DNA of 64,000 nt from Hamadaea tsunoensis DSM 44101 (GTDB lineage: Bacteria > Actinomycetota > Actinomycetes > Mycobacteriales > Micromonosporaceae): NCBI RefSeq assembly GCF_000428945.1, contig NZ_AUAX01000035.1, positions 15,368 to 79,367 on the forward strand, written 5' to 3'. Positions within the stretch are counted from its first letter, which is position 1. Each line of letters begins with the position of its first letter. Under the pieces are notes generated by a model. It was not told the origin of the DNA, searched no databases, and saw nothing but the letters and a program-made list of their open reading frames with translations. Shown piece by piece: positions 12,939-22,926 of the stretch. Both the position numbers and the translations under genes were made by a program.

Positions 12939-13886
12939 CTAGCGGGCCGAGGCGCTCACCAGTGCCCGCTGGAGGAGCTTGGTGTCGCCGAGCATCCGGC
13001 GCAGCCGCTGTTCCAGGCCGCCGATCGGGATGAGCTGCTGAGGTGCCCGCGGATCCTTGACGACGCTCGACGCGTACCGGGGGAGGGTCGCGCAGGACAG
13101 GTGGGCCAGGTCGATCGCGGCCTGCGGGGACAGCTCGGCCGAGCATTCGACCCGCACGACGCCCGACCAGGGGATCGCCATCCCGCCGGGCTGGCGCAGG
13201 TACCAGGTGTAGCGCGTCCAGCGGCCGCCGATCCGGAACACCGGCGTACGCTGCCCGGGCGCGAGCTCGCTGACGACCGGGAGCAGGTGGTCGGGCAGGT
13301 ACTGCTTCTGCTGCGTCTTGGCGTAACCGAGGACGCGTGGGGGTGCGCCCGGTCCCCGGAGCGGGCCGTCGACCACGATCAGCTCGTCGCCGCCGTCGGC
13401 CAGCGTGGTGAGGACGTCCGCGGTGGTCTGCTGCTCCAGGTGCATCAGCGCGGACTGCGCCGCGGCCATCAGATCGGCGTCCTGGGCGCCCTCGATGAGC
13501 CTGGCCGTGTAGCGGATCGAGCCGCCGGCGGCCGCCACATCGGACTGGTCCCGGGCGGCGGTGAAGATGGTCCGCTCGACCTGTGCCGCCGCGACCTGGG
13601 CCCCGGTGGCGGTGCAGCGGACCACGCCGGCCGCGTACGAACAGGCCAGTCCGGGGTAGGGCGGCAGGCCGCCGGAGCCGGCCGTCCAGATACGTGCGTC
13701 GATCCGGCGTACGCCGTCGACCATGAGGACGGTGGCCGGCGGGGTGAGGCCGGCCGGCGCGCTGAGCGGGCGCCACTCGCTCGCGGGCAGCTCCACGTCG
13801 ACGTCGAGTCCGTCGGCGGGGCTGCCCGGGGCCGCGTCGAGGCTCGCGCCGTACGACGGGTCCCAGGCATCGACGTGGAAGCTCAT
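12939..13886 (-). CDS. Putative NurA-like 5'-3' nuclease (RNase H-like), last gene of the herA-sbcD-sbcC operon
   Basis: Archaeal herA-mre11-rad50-nurA operon order; hhhhDG-type motifs (FHVDAWD, ELIVVDGPL); ~315 aa; start overlaps the sbcC stop. Confidence 0.5.
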   Translation of the reverse strand: MSFHVDAWDPSYGASLDAAPGSPADGLDVDVELPASEWRPLSAPAGLTPPATVLMVDGVRRIDARIWTAGSGGLPPYPGLACSYAAGVVRCTATGAQVAAAQVERTIFTAARDQSDVAAAGGSIRYTARLIEGAQDADLMAAAQSALMHLEQQTTADVLTTLADGGDELIVVDGPLRGPGAPPRVLGYAKTQQKQYLPDHLLPVVSELAPGQRTPVFRIGGRWTRYTWYLRQPGGMAIPWSGVVRVECSAELSPQAAIDLAHLSCATLPRYASSVVKDPRAPQQLIPIGGLEQRLRRMLGDTKLLQRALVSASAR

Positions 13887-13896
13887 GGCCAGATTT

Positions 13897-16377
13897 CTAC
13901 CCGATCCTGTCAACTCGGGCGGACCGGCCGTCTTTGCGTACCTCGAAGCGGACAGGTATGCGTTCGGCCAGCGCCGCGACGTGGGTGACGACGCCGACCA
14001 TCCGGTCGCCGCGGGCCGCGAGGTTCTCCAGGGTGGCCGCCACCGTGTCCAGCGTGGCGGAGTCGAGCGTGCCGAACCCCTCGTCCAGGAGGATGGATTC
14101 GAGGCTGGCCGTGTGCGCCAGGCCGGCCAGCTGGTCGGCGAGGGCGAGCGCGAGCGCCAGGGAGGCCTGGAACGTCTCGCCGCCGGAGAGCGTACGCACG
14201 GCGCGGGTCAGCCCGGCGTCGTGGTGGTCGACGACGTAGAACTCCCGCGCCCGGTGCACGAGGTCGTACTGGCCGCCGGACAGCTCCTGCAGGATCGTCG
14301 AGGCGCCGAGGACCAGCGCGTCGAGGGCCTCCTCCAGCAGCCAGGCCTCGAAGTTGTTGGCCTTGAGGTGCTGGGCGAGCATGGCCGCGACGACCTTGTC
14401 GGCCTCCACGGCGGCGCGCTGCTGACGGAGATCGTCGGCCCGCCGCCGCGCGTCCAGTACGCGTTCCCGCCCCGCCGCCGCCCGCTCGACCGCGATGGTG
14501 ACCGCCTTCTCCAGGCCGGCGATCTCCTTCGGCATCATGACCTCGGCGATCCGGAACCATTCGGCGACCTTGGCCAGCAGTTCCTGTTCGGTGCGGCTGG
14601 CCTCGGCCACAGCCTGCTCGGCGGCGGCCCGGTCGGCGCCGACCTTCCCGGCGGTCGTGGCCGCCCAGTCGGCCAGCACCTGCCACGCGACCCGCAGATC
14701 GTCGCGCTCGACCGGCGGCGGAGTGCCGATCGGGGCGACCGTGTCGCGGGCGGCGTCGAACACCCGCCAGGCCGAGCGCAGCTGATCCTCGGCGCGCTGC
14801 AGCTGCGTCTGGGCCGCCCGCTGCCGCTCGGCAGCCTGCTTGCGTTCCACTGTGGATCGTTCGAGATCGGTTTCGGCTTCGCGTCGTACCGCCAGGCGCG
14901 CGGCCAGCTCCTCGTCGCTGGGCGCGGTCGCGAGCGCCTCCTGGATCCGGGCCACCTGCTGGGCCAGTTCCTCGACCTTGGCGCGCACGGAGGCGAGCCG
15001 GCGGTCGGTCTCGCGGGCGGCCTGGTCGCGTTCGCCGCGCGCCGCCTCCGCCTTCTCCGCCGCCGCCCGAGCCTGCTTCAGGCGGTCCTGGGCGGCGACG
15101 GTGGCGCCGACCGACCGCTGCTGCGGCAGGGTCGTGACGATCTGCTCGCAGACCATGCACGCCTCGCCGGCATGCAGCAGCGGGCGCAGGACGGCGACCC
15201 GGTCGGTGTTGCGGGCGTCCTCGAGCACCTGCTGAGCGTGGCCGAGGGCGGTGGCCGCGCTGTCCGCCACACCCCGGACCCGGTCCAGGTCGCGGACGGC
15301 GGTGTCGTGCTCCTCCTGTGCCTTCGCGAGCGCGGCGGCGCCCTGCTTCTGCCGGGCCAGACCGGCGGCGAGATCCTGCCGCGACTTCACGAAAGCCTGG
15401 GTCTCGGCCGGGTCCGCGGTGGTCGCCAGCCGCGCCCTCGCCTTCTCCTCGGCCTCCTCGGCGGCGGTCAGCACCTCGGCCGCGGCCGACACCCGTTGCC
15501 GGGCCTCGTCGGCGGCCCCCGCGAGGTTGACCGCTCCGGCGTCCGGCCGGATCCGGCCGAGCGCGGCCAGCTGGCCGTCCAGGGTGGCGAGCTTCTCCAC
15601 GGCGGCCTGCCGGCGCGCGTCCAGCGCCGTGAGCCGCGGCGCCTCGGCCGCCAGCCGGTCGGCGAGGTCGCGGACGGCGGTGACCCGGTCCTCCGCGTCG
15701 GCCAGCCGCTCGTCCGAGGACTCCTCGGTCGCCTCGGCCAGGACGCGCTCCGTCGCCGCCAGCTGGTTGACGGCGGCCTTCTCGCGCTCGGCGGCCTTCT
15801 CCCGGATCTTGTCGTAGACCTCCAGCCCGAGCAGCTTGACCAGGATCTCCTGGCGCTCGGCCGGCTTGGCGTGCAGGAACGCCGCGAACTCGCCCTGCGG
15901 CAGCAGGATGCACTTGATGAACTGGTCGTAGGGCAGGCCGACCACGTCCACCACGGCGCCGTCGAGCTCGTTCGGCGTACCGGCGAGGATCTGGCCCAGC
16001 TCGTCGATCGGCTCGCCGCCGTCGAGGGAGGCCGGATTGAAGTTGTTCGGCAGCAGCTGCAGACCCGCGTGCTTGGTCGCGACCCGGCCCTTGCCGTCGC
16101 GGCGCACGACCCGGCTCACCGCGTACCGGCGGCCGCCGGACTCGAAGATCATTCGAACGGCCGCCTCCACACTGGACGGAGCCAGCGCGTTCGCCACCGT
16201 CTTGCCGCTCCACCGCGGCACCTGGCCGTAGAGCGCGAAGCAGATCGCGTCGAGCAGCGTCGACTTGCCGGCGCCGGTCGGCCCGACGAGCGCGAAGAAG
16301 TCCGCGTCGGTCAGGTCGACGACCGTCGGCTCCCGGAAGACCGTGAACCCCCGCAGGTCCAGCCGGAGCGGGCGCAC
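13897..16377 (-). CDS. sbcC: SbcC/Rad50-type SMC-like ATPase (short, 826-aa form)
   Basis: N-terminal Walker A LVGPTGAGKSTLLDAICFALYG; long coiled coil with a CMVC zinc hook (CxxC); C-terminal signature LSGGETFQASLALALAL and Walker B/D-loop ILLDEGFGTLD. Confidence 0.85.
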   Translation of the reverse strand: MRPLRLDLRGFTVFREPTVVDLTDADFFALVGPTGAGKSTLLDAICFALYGQVPRWSGKTVANALAPSSVEAAVRMIFESGGRRYAVSRVVRRDGKGRVATKHAGLQLLPNNFNPASLDGGEPIDELGQILAGTPNELDGAVVDVVGLPYDQFIKCILLPQGEFAAFLHAKPAERQEILVKLLGLEVYDKIREKAAEREKAAVNQLAATERVLAEATEESSDERLADAEDRVTAVRDLADRLAAEAPRLTALDARRQAAVEKLATLDGQLAALGRIRPDAGAVNLAGAADEARQRVSAAAEVLTAAEEAEEKARARLATTADPAETQAFVKSRQDLAAGLARQKQGAAALAKAQEEHDTAVRDLDRVRGVADSAATALGHAQQVLEDARNTDRVAVLRPLLHAGEACMVCEQIVTTLPQQRSVGATVAAQDRLKQARAAAEKAEAARGERDQAARETDRRLASVRAKVEELAQQVARIQEALATAPSDEELAARLAVRREAETDLERSTVERKQAAERQRAAQTQLQRAEDQLRSAWRVFDAARDTVAPIGTPPPVERDDLRVAWQVLADWAATTAGKVGADRAAAEQAVAEASRTEQELLAKVAEWFRIAEVMMPKEIAGLEKAVTIAVERAAAGRERVLDARRRADDLRQQRAAVEADKVVAAMLAQHLKANNFEAWLLEEALDALVLGASTILQELSGGQYDLVHRAREFYVVDHHDAGLTRAVRTLSGGETFQASLALALALADQLAGLAHTASLESILLDEGFGTLDSATLDTVAATLENLAARGDRMVGVVTHVAALAERIPVRFEVRKDGRSARVDRIG

Positions 16378-17517
16378 TCAGCTCACCTCCTGGTACAGCT
16401 GCTCGAACAGGCGCTGCGTCGCGGGATCGTCGTGGCCCCGGTCGCGCAGGTAGTCGGCGAAGAGATCGGTGGGAGAGCGCTCGGCGCGCGTCGTCCGGCT
16501 CGGCTTGTCCCCGTCCAGCAGGGCGGGGTCGACCCGGATCTCCAGCGCGCGCGGCAGCATCTCCTGCACCTTCTCCCGCAGCCCGGCGTGCGGCTTCTCC
16601 TGCACGATCACGCGCAGCCAGTCCTCGCCCGGCTCCAGCGAGGCCAGCTCCTCCAGCGTCCCCCGGACGGTACGCAGACGCGTCGTCACCGGCAGCGGCA
16701 CGGCCCGGACGAGGGCCGTCGTGTCGGCGGTCGCCTCGACGACCGTCACCGACGGCTCGTTCTCGCCCTCGCCGAAGTCGATCGCGATCGGGCTGCCGCT
16801 GTAGCGCACCGGGCACGCGCCGGGCATCGTCTGCGCCCGGTGCAGGTGGCCCAGCGCCACGTAATGCGTGTTCGACGGGAAGACGGTGGTGGGGACGGCG
16901 TACCCGAGGATGGTGTGGGCCTCCCGCTCGCCGCCGCCCATCGCCGCGCCGACGACCGTCAGGTGCGCGGTCACGAGGTTCACCGCGGCCGGGTCGGAGA
17001 AGCCCTCGGCCGCGATCGCCGACAGCAGCCGGGCGAGGTGGTCGGCGTAGGTGCTGTGGGCCTCGGCCTGGGTCAGCTCGAACATGTCCAGCGCGCGGAC
17101 CGCGTACCGCTGGGAGAGGAAGGGCAGGGCGATGCACCGCCACGGCTCGCCGCCCGGCGTGACCCCGGTGATGAGGTGGTCGTCCGGCTTGTCCGAGACC
17201 CGGCCGCGCAGGTGCAGGTTCTCGGTCTCGGCGAAGACCCGCAGCGCGTCGAGGGCCGGGCCGTTGTCGTGGTTGCCGGCGATCACGATCACCTCGGCGA
17301 CCTGCCGCAGCGCCGCCAGCGCCCGGTAGACGACCTTCTGCGCCTCGGGCGTCGGTGCGGCGGTGTCGAAGAGGTCGCCGGCCACGATGATCAGGTCGGG
17401 CCGCTCCTCGCGGGCCACGCCGATCACCGCGAACAGCGCGGCCAGCTGCTCGTCCGACCGGGACTGTCCCTTGAGGACCTTCCCGACGTGCCAGTCGGAG
17501 GTGTGCAGGATCTTCAC
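16378..17517 (-). CDS. sbcD: SbcD/Mre11-type calcineurin-fold nuclease
   Basis: MKILHTSDWHVG...IIVAGDLFD...GNHD...GHLH phosphoesterase motifs; its start abuts the sbcC gene. Confidence 0.9.
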   Translation of the reverse strand: MKILHTSDWHVGKVLKGQSRSDEQLAALFAVIGVAREERPDLIIVAGDLFDTAAPTPEAQKVVYRALAALRQVAEVIVIAGNHDNGPALDALRVFAETENLHLRGRVSDKPDDHLITGVTPGGEPWRCIALPFLSQRYAVRALDMFELTQAEAHSTYADHLARLLSAIAAEGFSDPAAVNLVTAHLTVVGAAMGGGEREAHTILGYAVPTTVFPSNTHYVALGHLHRAQTMPGACPVRYSGSPIAIDFGEGENEPSVTVVEATADTTALVRAVPLPVTTRLRTVRGTLEELASLEPGEDWLRVIVQEKPHAGLREKVQEMLPRALEIRVDPALLDGDKPSRTTRAERSPTDLFADYLRDRGHDDPATQRLFEQLYQEVS

Positions 17518-17545
17518 GCCGGAAGCCTCCCGGGGTCGCTGTGGA

Positions 17546-19348
17546 TCAGAACGGGATGTCGTCGTCGGAGATGCCGCCGTCGCGGGCCGCGCCGACCACG
17601 GTGAACGGGTCGGTCGCGCTGACCATGCTGGCCAGCGTCGCCCGCGGGGCCGCGCCCGCCTCGGACGGTCGCGTCGCCCACGCCGGGAACGGGAACTCGA
17701 CCGCCAGCGGCACCGGGATCTCCGGCTGCGCCACGAACATCGTGCCCGGCTTGGCCAGCAGCGCCCGCTGCCGTTGGGTCGGCGGGAGGAACCCGTATTC
17801 GGGGCGGGACGCCTCGGCGGGGTCGAGCCGGCCGACGACGCGGACCGCGGAGTTGGAGACGATGCGGCGCTCCACTTCGGACGCGGTCTGCTGGGCGCCG
17901 ATCAGGATCACGCCGAGGGACCGGCCCCGCTCGGCGATGTCGAGCAGCACTTCCTTGATCGGGCTGGAGCCGTCGCGCGGCGCGTACTTGTTGAGCTCGT
18001 CGAGGACGACGAAGAGCAGCGGCTTGGCGGTGCCCGCCTTCTCCTTGCGCTCGAACTCGGTCTTCAGCGTGACGCCGACGACGAACCGCTGCGCGCGGTC
18101 CGGCAGGTTGTGCAGGTCGACGACGGTGACCTGGCCCGCCTCGGCGGTGCTGATCTGGTGCGCACGCCCGCCCGGCAGGTCGCCCCGGATGAGCCGGCCG
18201 AGGTCGCGCTTGCTGGCGATCAGCCGCCGCGCGAAGGCGTTGACCGTGCCCAGGCCGACCGCGCTGCCGGTCCAGCCGGACCGCGTCTCGTCGTCGTTGA
18301 GCTGCTCGACCACGTAGTCCACGAAATCGTCGTAGCTGCCGAGCCGGCGGCCGCCGATGCTCAGCGCGCCGCCCGCGGGCAGCGCCTCGCGGGCGAGGTG
18401 CGCGGTGACCGCGTGCACGACCATCGTGTACTGCTGGCGCTCGTCGTCGGCGTCGGCGAAGACGTAGGGCAGCAGGCGCTGCTCGGCGAACTCGGCCAGG
18501 GTCCAGTAGAAGGGGTCCACGCCGGTCAGCCGGCTCGCCACGTCCGGGCTGCCGGAGGGGTCGCCGGCCCGCGCCGGCGCGAACACCGTGACCTGCTTGA
18601 AGGCGCCGGCGTCCAGGCCGAGCTTGTGGTACGCCTCCCGCGTCGGCGCGTCCAGCCGGTTGTTCTCGTGGTCGAGGAAGAGGAGGTCCTCACCTTTGAC
18701 GTTGAAGATCAGCGCCTTGGTGTTGGCCGATTCCGCCTTCGAGCCGAGCACACCCGAATTGAAGATCGAATAGAGCAGGAAGGTGGCGAAGCTCGTCTTC
18801 GTCGCGACGCCCGAGATGCCGGAGATGCTGACGTGCGCGCCCCGGCTGCCGTCCAGGAAGTCGGCGTTCAGGTAGAGCGGCGCGCCGTCGCGACCGGTGC
18901 CGATGGGCAGGCGGCGGCGCATCCGGTCGAAGCTGAGCGCCGCGTCGCGGGTCTCGCCCTCGGCCCGGTACGCGACCGCGCCCGGCGCCGGCGGCACGTA
19001 GACCTCGGGTTCGACCCGGGTGACCGTGATCTCGGCGGCCTCCTGGACCATCGCGGGCAGCATGCCGTCGGCGATGGCGAAGACGTCGGACTCGAACGCG
19101 GCGCCCTCGTGCCGGGCACGCACGGAGGTCACGACGCCGGAGATGGTGACCGTGCCGCGGTCGGGCAGCTCGCGCTGGGTGACCACGACGTCGTCGAGCT
19201 GCAGGTACGCGTCGGAGCCCACGGCGACCCAGAAGGTCAGCGGGCTCGCGTCCTGCGTTCCGAGCACGCGCCCGACCGGCGTGCCCGGAGATGCGTCGTT
19301 GCTGGGGGTGCGCGCGGGGAAGCTCACGAGACAAGACCCTAGTGCCAA
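17546..19348 (-). CDS. HerA/FtsK-like (DUF87) ATPase, first gene of the herA-sbcD-sbcC-nurA operon
   Basis: N-terminal HAS-barrel-like region; degenerate P-loop GISGVATKTS; Walker B LLFVVLDELNKYAP; 600 aa. Confidence 0.65.
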   Translation of the reverse strand: MALGSCLVSFPARTPSNDASPGTPVGRVLGTQDASPLTFWVAVGSDAYLQLDDVVVTQRELPDRGTVTISGVVTSVRARHEGAAFESDVFAIADGMLPAMVQEAAEITVTRVEPEVYVPPAPGAVAYRAEGETRDAALSFDRMRRRLPIGTGRDGAPLYLNADFLDGSRGAHVSISGISGVATKTSFATFLLYSIFNSGVLGSKAESANTKALIFNVKGEDLLFLDHENNRLDAPTREAYHKLGLDAGAFKQVTVFAPARAGDPSGSPDVASRLTGVDPFYWTLAEFAEQRLLPYVFADADDERQQYTMVVHAVTAHLAREALPAGGALSIGGRRLGSYDDFVDYVVEQLNDDETRSGWTGSAVGLGTVNAFARRLIASKRDLGRLIRGDLPGGRAHQISTAEAGQVTVVDLHNLPDRAQRFVVGVTLKTEFERKEKAGTAKPLLFVVLDELNKYAPRDGSSPIKEVLLDIAERGRSLGVILIGAQQTASEVERRIVSNSAVRVVGRLDPAEASRPEYGFLPPTQRQRALLAKPGTMFVAQPEIPVPLAVEFPFPAWATRPSEAGAAPRATLASMVSATDPFTVVGAARDGGISDDDIPF

Positions 19349-19443
19349 CCTGCGACAAGACCGGGCCGGCGGGGCGTGCCGAGTCGTTTTGGCGACACCG
19401 GACCACCCCGCCGGGCAGCGGAAACTCTCAATAGAGGTTCATC

Positions 19444-20496
19444 TCAGAACGGCGTCACGCGTACGCCCCACGGGCCGGTGACGTGCTCGGGGGTGATCGT
19501 CAGGGTGACGACCTGCCCCGCCTTCTCCCGCAGTCCGGGGAAGGTCGTGCCGCCCACGTCCGGTCCGGCGGCGGTCAGCGTGATCCCGCAGCTCTGCTGG
19601 CTGTAGAGCCAGAACGAGCAGGTGTCCACCTCGACGCCGTCGACCGTCGCCCGCAGGATGCCGGGGGTGGCCGAGCCCATCGTCAGATCGAACGATCCGG
19701 TCCAGATGATCTGCCGGGTGATCGGCGCGGTGACGTCGTCGGCGCTGGTGAACAGATCGTCGTCCAGGTTGCGGAGGTCGTCGCCGTGATGGGTGCCCAC
19801 CGGGATCTCCAGCGAGGGCAGTACGCTCGGCCGTGGCGGCAGCGGGTACTCGTCGAAGGCCACCGACTCGCCCACCGCCACGCCGATCACGGCGTCGTCC
19901 GGTACGGCGATGGGCGAGCTGCCGGGTGTCGGTCCGTTCCGGAACGTCGCGGCCTTGTCGGCGGTGACGGTCAGCGTGGCCGGCGTGCCGAGCACCACCC
20001 CGTACTTCGACCATTCGTCGACCTTCCACCGCCCGGTGCTGCCGTCGCCGCCGTCGCTGCAGCTGAATCCGGCGAACCCCCGGCCGTTGAGCTTGACCTT
20101 CAGGAAGAGCTGGGTGCCCTCCGGCGCGTGGAACGAGCAGGAATGGAAGATCGTGATCTCGTTCGATGTCGAAGTCGGCGTCCACGTCAGCGTCAGCGGC
20201 CCCGCCGAGTACGCCTGCCGGCCCGACGCGATCACGCGCGCTCCGCTCGCGTACTCGGGGAAGCCGTTGATCGTCCTGGGGGACGGTGTGGCCGCCGGCG
20301 TGGGCGCGGACCGGTGGGCCGGCGTGCCGATGATCAGGCCGGTGACCAGGACGGCGACCGCGGCGACGGCGGCGACCGCGCTGGCGGCGAGGCGGCGCCG
20401 GCGCCGCACGATCCGCGCGCGTACCGAGATCATCCGCAGCCCGTCGAGCGACGGCGCGCCGGCGGAGCGCTGCTCCATGAGCTCCTTGAGGTCCAT
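19444..20496 (-). CDS. Membrane-anchored anti-sigma factor partner of the ECF sigma (N-in, single TM, extracytoplasmic domain)
   Basis: Its ATG overlaps the sigma-gene TGA (TGATG); ~45-aa cytoplasmic part, then TM LAASAVAAVAAVAVLVTGLIIG, then a Pro/Thr-rich linker and beta-rich domain. Confidence 0.6.
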   Translation of the reverse strand: MDLKELMEQRSAGAPSLDGLRMISVRARIVRRRRRLAASAVAAVAAVAVLVTGLIIGTPAHRSAPTPAATPSPRTINGFPEYASGARVIASGRQAYSAGPLTLTWTPTSTSNEITIFHSCSFHAPEGTQLFLKVKLNGRGFAGFSCSDGGDGSTGRWKVDEWSKYGVVLGTPATLTVTADKAATFRNGPTPGSSPIAVPDDAVIGVAVGESVAFDEYPLPPRPSVLPSLEIPVGTHHGDDLRNLDDDLFTSADDVTAPITRQIIWTGSFDLTMGSATPGILRATVDGVEVDTCSFWLYSQQSCGITLTAAGPDVGGTTFPGLREKAGQVVTLTITPEHVTGPWGVRVTPF

Positions 20497-20993
20497 CACT
20501 TCAGCACTCCTTCCAGCGCGAACGCGTCGTCGACCCGCAGCTTGGCCAGGGCGCGGGCGGCCTGGCTCTTGACCGTGCCGAGCGAGACGCCGAGCGTCTC
20601 GGCGATCTCGGCCTCGGACAGTTCCTCGAAGTAGCGCAGCACCAGCACCGCGCGCTGCCGCCGCGGCAGCCGGCCCAGCGCCTGCCACACCTGGTCACGG
20701 GTGTCGACCTGGGCGGTCCGGTCGGCGACGGCGGCCTCCGGCAGGGTCTCGGTCGGCCGTTCGTTGCGCCATCGGCGCCGCCACCAGGTCGCATAGGTGT
20801 TGACCAGGATCGCCCGCACGTAGGGCTCGGGATCGGCGTCGATGCGCTTCCAGGCGCCCCAGGCCCGGACCAGGGCGGTCTGCAGGAGGTCCTCGGCGAG
20901 GGCCCAGTCATGAGTCAGCAGGAAGGCTGTTCGCAGAAGGCGCGGCGAGCGAGTCGCCACGAAGTCCTCGAAAGTCGAGTCGGACACCGGCAT
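20496..20993 (-). CDS. ECF-type RNA polymerase sigma-70 factor (regions 2 and 4)
   Basis: Region 2 LLTHDWALAEDLLQTALVRAW and region 4 LPRRQRAVLVLRYFEELSEAEIAETLGVSLGTVKSQ. Confidence 0.85.
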   Translation of the reverse strand: MPVSDSTFEDFVATRSPRLLRTAFLLTHDWALAEDLLQTALVRAWGAWKRIDADPEPYVRAILVNTYATWWRRRWRNERPTETLPEAAVADRTAQVDTRDQVWQALGRLPRRQRAVLVLRYFEELSEAEIAETLGVSLGTVKSQAARALAKLRVDDAFALEGVLK

Positions 20994-21013
20994 CTCTCCT
21001 CAGGGGTCGCCGA

Positions 21014-21045
21014 TATTACGACCCGGCCCGGAGATAGGTTGCCCG
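21014..21045 (-). promoter_or_regulatory. Candidate ECF-type promoter (GGCAAC-N16-TCGT) upstream of the sigma gene; possibly autoregulatory
   Basis: Minus-strand GGCAACctatctccgggccgggTCGTaat about 20 nt upstream of the GAGGAGA SD and start codon. Confidence 0.25.
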
Positions 21046-21086
21046 GCGCCGACCCGATTTTCCGCGGGCCCGCGACCGGCGGGACC

Positions 21087-21749
21087 TCAGCGCGAACGCC
21101 GGTACCGCAGGAGCAGCGCCCCCTCGGCCGGCAGCGCGTGTACCAGCCGCAATCCCCGGGCGGCATGCTGCTGCCCGGTGACCAGCCGGGGCGCGCCCGG
21201 CCCCGCGAGCAGCGGCGCGAGCGTCAGGCACACCTCGTCCACCTCGTCCCGCGCGGTCAGCCACCCGGTCAGCCCGGGTCCGCCCTCGCACAGCAGATGG
21301 GTCAGCCCCAGTTGCCGCAGCGCCGCGACCGGCTCCTCGGTGCCGACCAGATCGGCCACGCCCGCCAGCGGATGGCCGGCCGGCGCCGCCCGCGTCACGA
21401 TCAAGGGCCGCACCGGCGCGGACGCCAGCGCCGGATGTCCCGGATCCAGGTCCAGGCGGTTCGAGAAGACCACCAGCCTCGGGTACGCCGAGAGCCCCGC
21501 GCCGACGCGCCACTCCCGTCGCGCCGCGTCCAGGGTCAACGGCCGGTACGCCTCCTGCCGGAACGTCCCGGCCCCGACGAGCAGCGCGTCGCAGGTCATC
21601 CGCAGCAGCCGGAAGACCTCCTTGTCGGCCGGGCTGGACAGGGCGGTGGACAGCCCGTCCACGGCGGCCGCCCCGTCGACGCTGGTCACAAAGTTGATCC
21701 GCACCCCCGGCGTACGCGGATACCGGGCCAGCAGCCACTCGTCGATCAC
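21087..21749 (-). CDS. RibD C-terminal domain / dihydrofolate reductase-like reductase
   Basis: VIDEWLLARYP...FVTSVDGAAA...LLVGAGTF...LRLV matches the bacterial deaminase-reductase C-terminal fold; GTG start 8 nt after the Kch stop. Confidence 0.6.
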   Translation of the reverse strand: MIDEWLLARYPRTPGVRINFVTSVDGAAAVDGLSTALSSPADKEVFRLLRMTCDALLVGAGTFRQEAYRPLTLDAARREWRVGAGLSAYPRLVVFSNRLDLDPGHPALASAPVRPLIVTRAAPAGHPLAGVADLVGTEEPVAALRQLGLTHLLCEGGPGLTGWLTARDEVDEVCLTLAPLLAGPGAPRLVTGQQHAARGLRLVHALPAEGALLLRYRRSR

Positions 21750-21757
21750 GGACGGAA

Positions 21758-22789
21758 TTATCGCGGGCTGGTGACGAGGACGAGCCGGTCGCCCTCCCGA
21801 AGGCTCTGGACCCGGCCGTACGGCAGGGCGTGCCCGTCGCGCAGGACCGCGATCACGGGTTCGGGGCAGTCGCGTACGGAGCGGCCGACCTCGGTCGCGG
21901 CGACGGGACGTTCGATGAGGTCGAGTCCCTCGCCGTGGATGAGCAGGTCGTTGAAGACCTCGCTGATCGCGGGGGAGCGGGCGGCCACGCCCAGCAGCCG
22001 GCCGGCGGCCTCGGACGACGTGATCACCGCGTCCACCCCGGAGCGCAGCAGGAGCGGCTCGTTCTCGGCCTGCCGGATGGCGGCCACGACCGTGCACCTG
22101 GTGTTCAGCTGGCGGACGGTCAGGGCGACGAGGACGGCCGTGTCGTCCCGGTCGGTCGCGACGATGACCTTGTCGGCCGTCTCGACCGCCGCCTTCCGCA
22201 GCACCGCACCTCTCGTCGCGTCCCCGAGTACGCCGGCGAACCCGTCGTGGTTGGCCTCGTCGACCCTGGCCGTGTGGGTGTCGACGACGACGAACTCGGC
22301 CGGCGTGTGCCCGTGCTCCAGCAGCGTCTTGATCGCCGTGAAGCCCTTGGTGCCGTAGCCGACCACGATCGTGTGCCCGCTCAATTGCTGCCTCCAGCGG
22401 TTGCGCCGCAGTTGGTCGCGCGTACGCCGGGTGAGCACCTCGAACGTGGTGCCGACCAGGACGGCCAGGAAGGCCACCCGCAGCGGCGTGATCAGCACGA
22501 TGTTGGTGATCCGGGCGGCGTCGCTGACCGGGACGATGTCGCCGTAGCCGGTCGTCGACAGGGTCACGGTCGCGTAGTACAGGGCGCCCAGCCAGGTCAG
22601 CCGGTCGTGGTTGGCGTCCTTGTAGCCATTGCGGTCGAGCATGACGACGAAGACGACCAGGATGAGGATCGCGATCGCGTACCCGACCCGGCGGCCGATC
22701 TGCTTCAGCGGCTGGGTGACAGCCCGCTCGGGCAGCCGGATCGCACCCCGGTCGGTGTCCTCGGGCGTACCCTCCTCCGCCATGTCCAC
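21758..22789 (-). CDS. Kch-type potassium channel with cytoplasmic RCK/TrkA-N domain
   Basis: Selectivity filter TVTLSTTGYGD; Rossmann GYGTKG of the RCK domain. Confidence 0.8.
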   Translation of the reverse strand: MDMAEEGTPEDTDRGAIRLPERAVTQPLKQIGRRVGYAIAILILVVFVVMLDRNGYKDANHDRLTWLGALYYATVTLSTTGYGDIVPVSDAARITNIVLITPLRVAFLAVLVGTTFEVLTRRTRDQLRRNRWRQQLSGHTIVVGYGTKGFTAIKTLLEHGHTPAEFVVVDTHTARVDEANHDGFAGVLGDATRGAVLRKAAVETADKVIVATDRDDTAVLVALTVRQLNTRCTVVAAIRQAENEPLLLRSGVDAVITSSEAAGRLLGVAARSPAISEVFNDLLIHGEGLDLIERPVAATEVGRSVRDCPEPVIAVLRDGHALPYGRVQSLREGDRLVLVTSPR

Positions 22790-22926
22790 ACTGTATGCGG
22801 CCTATAGGCGATTCATGCCGAGTTCACAGGCGCGTCGCCGCCGTTCGGCCGGTACGCGATTGGACCGGTCGGCGGAGGCGTCACTGGTCGGAAGGCGTGA
22901 CCTCGGTATCGACCCGGGTAACAACT

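Noticed and set aside
13723-17604. 1293-aa plus-strand ORF, and the 1077-aa ORF at 13910-17143, spanning the sbcCD region
   Set aside because: They are antisense or out of frame relative to the strongly supported sbcC/sbcD genes. Their composition is Arg/Gly/Pro-rich, typical of stop-codon-poor alternative frames in 72%-GC DNA, and no domain signal is present.
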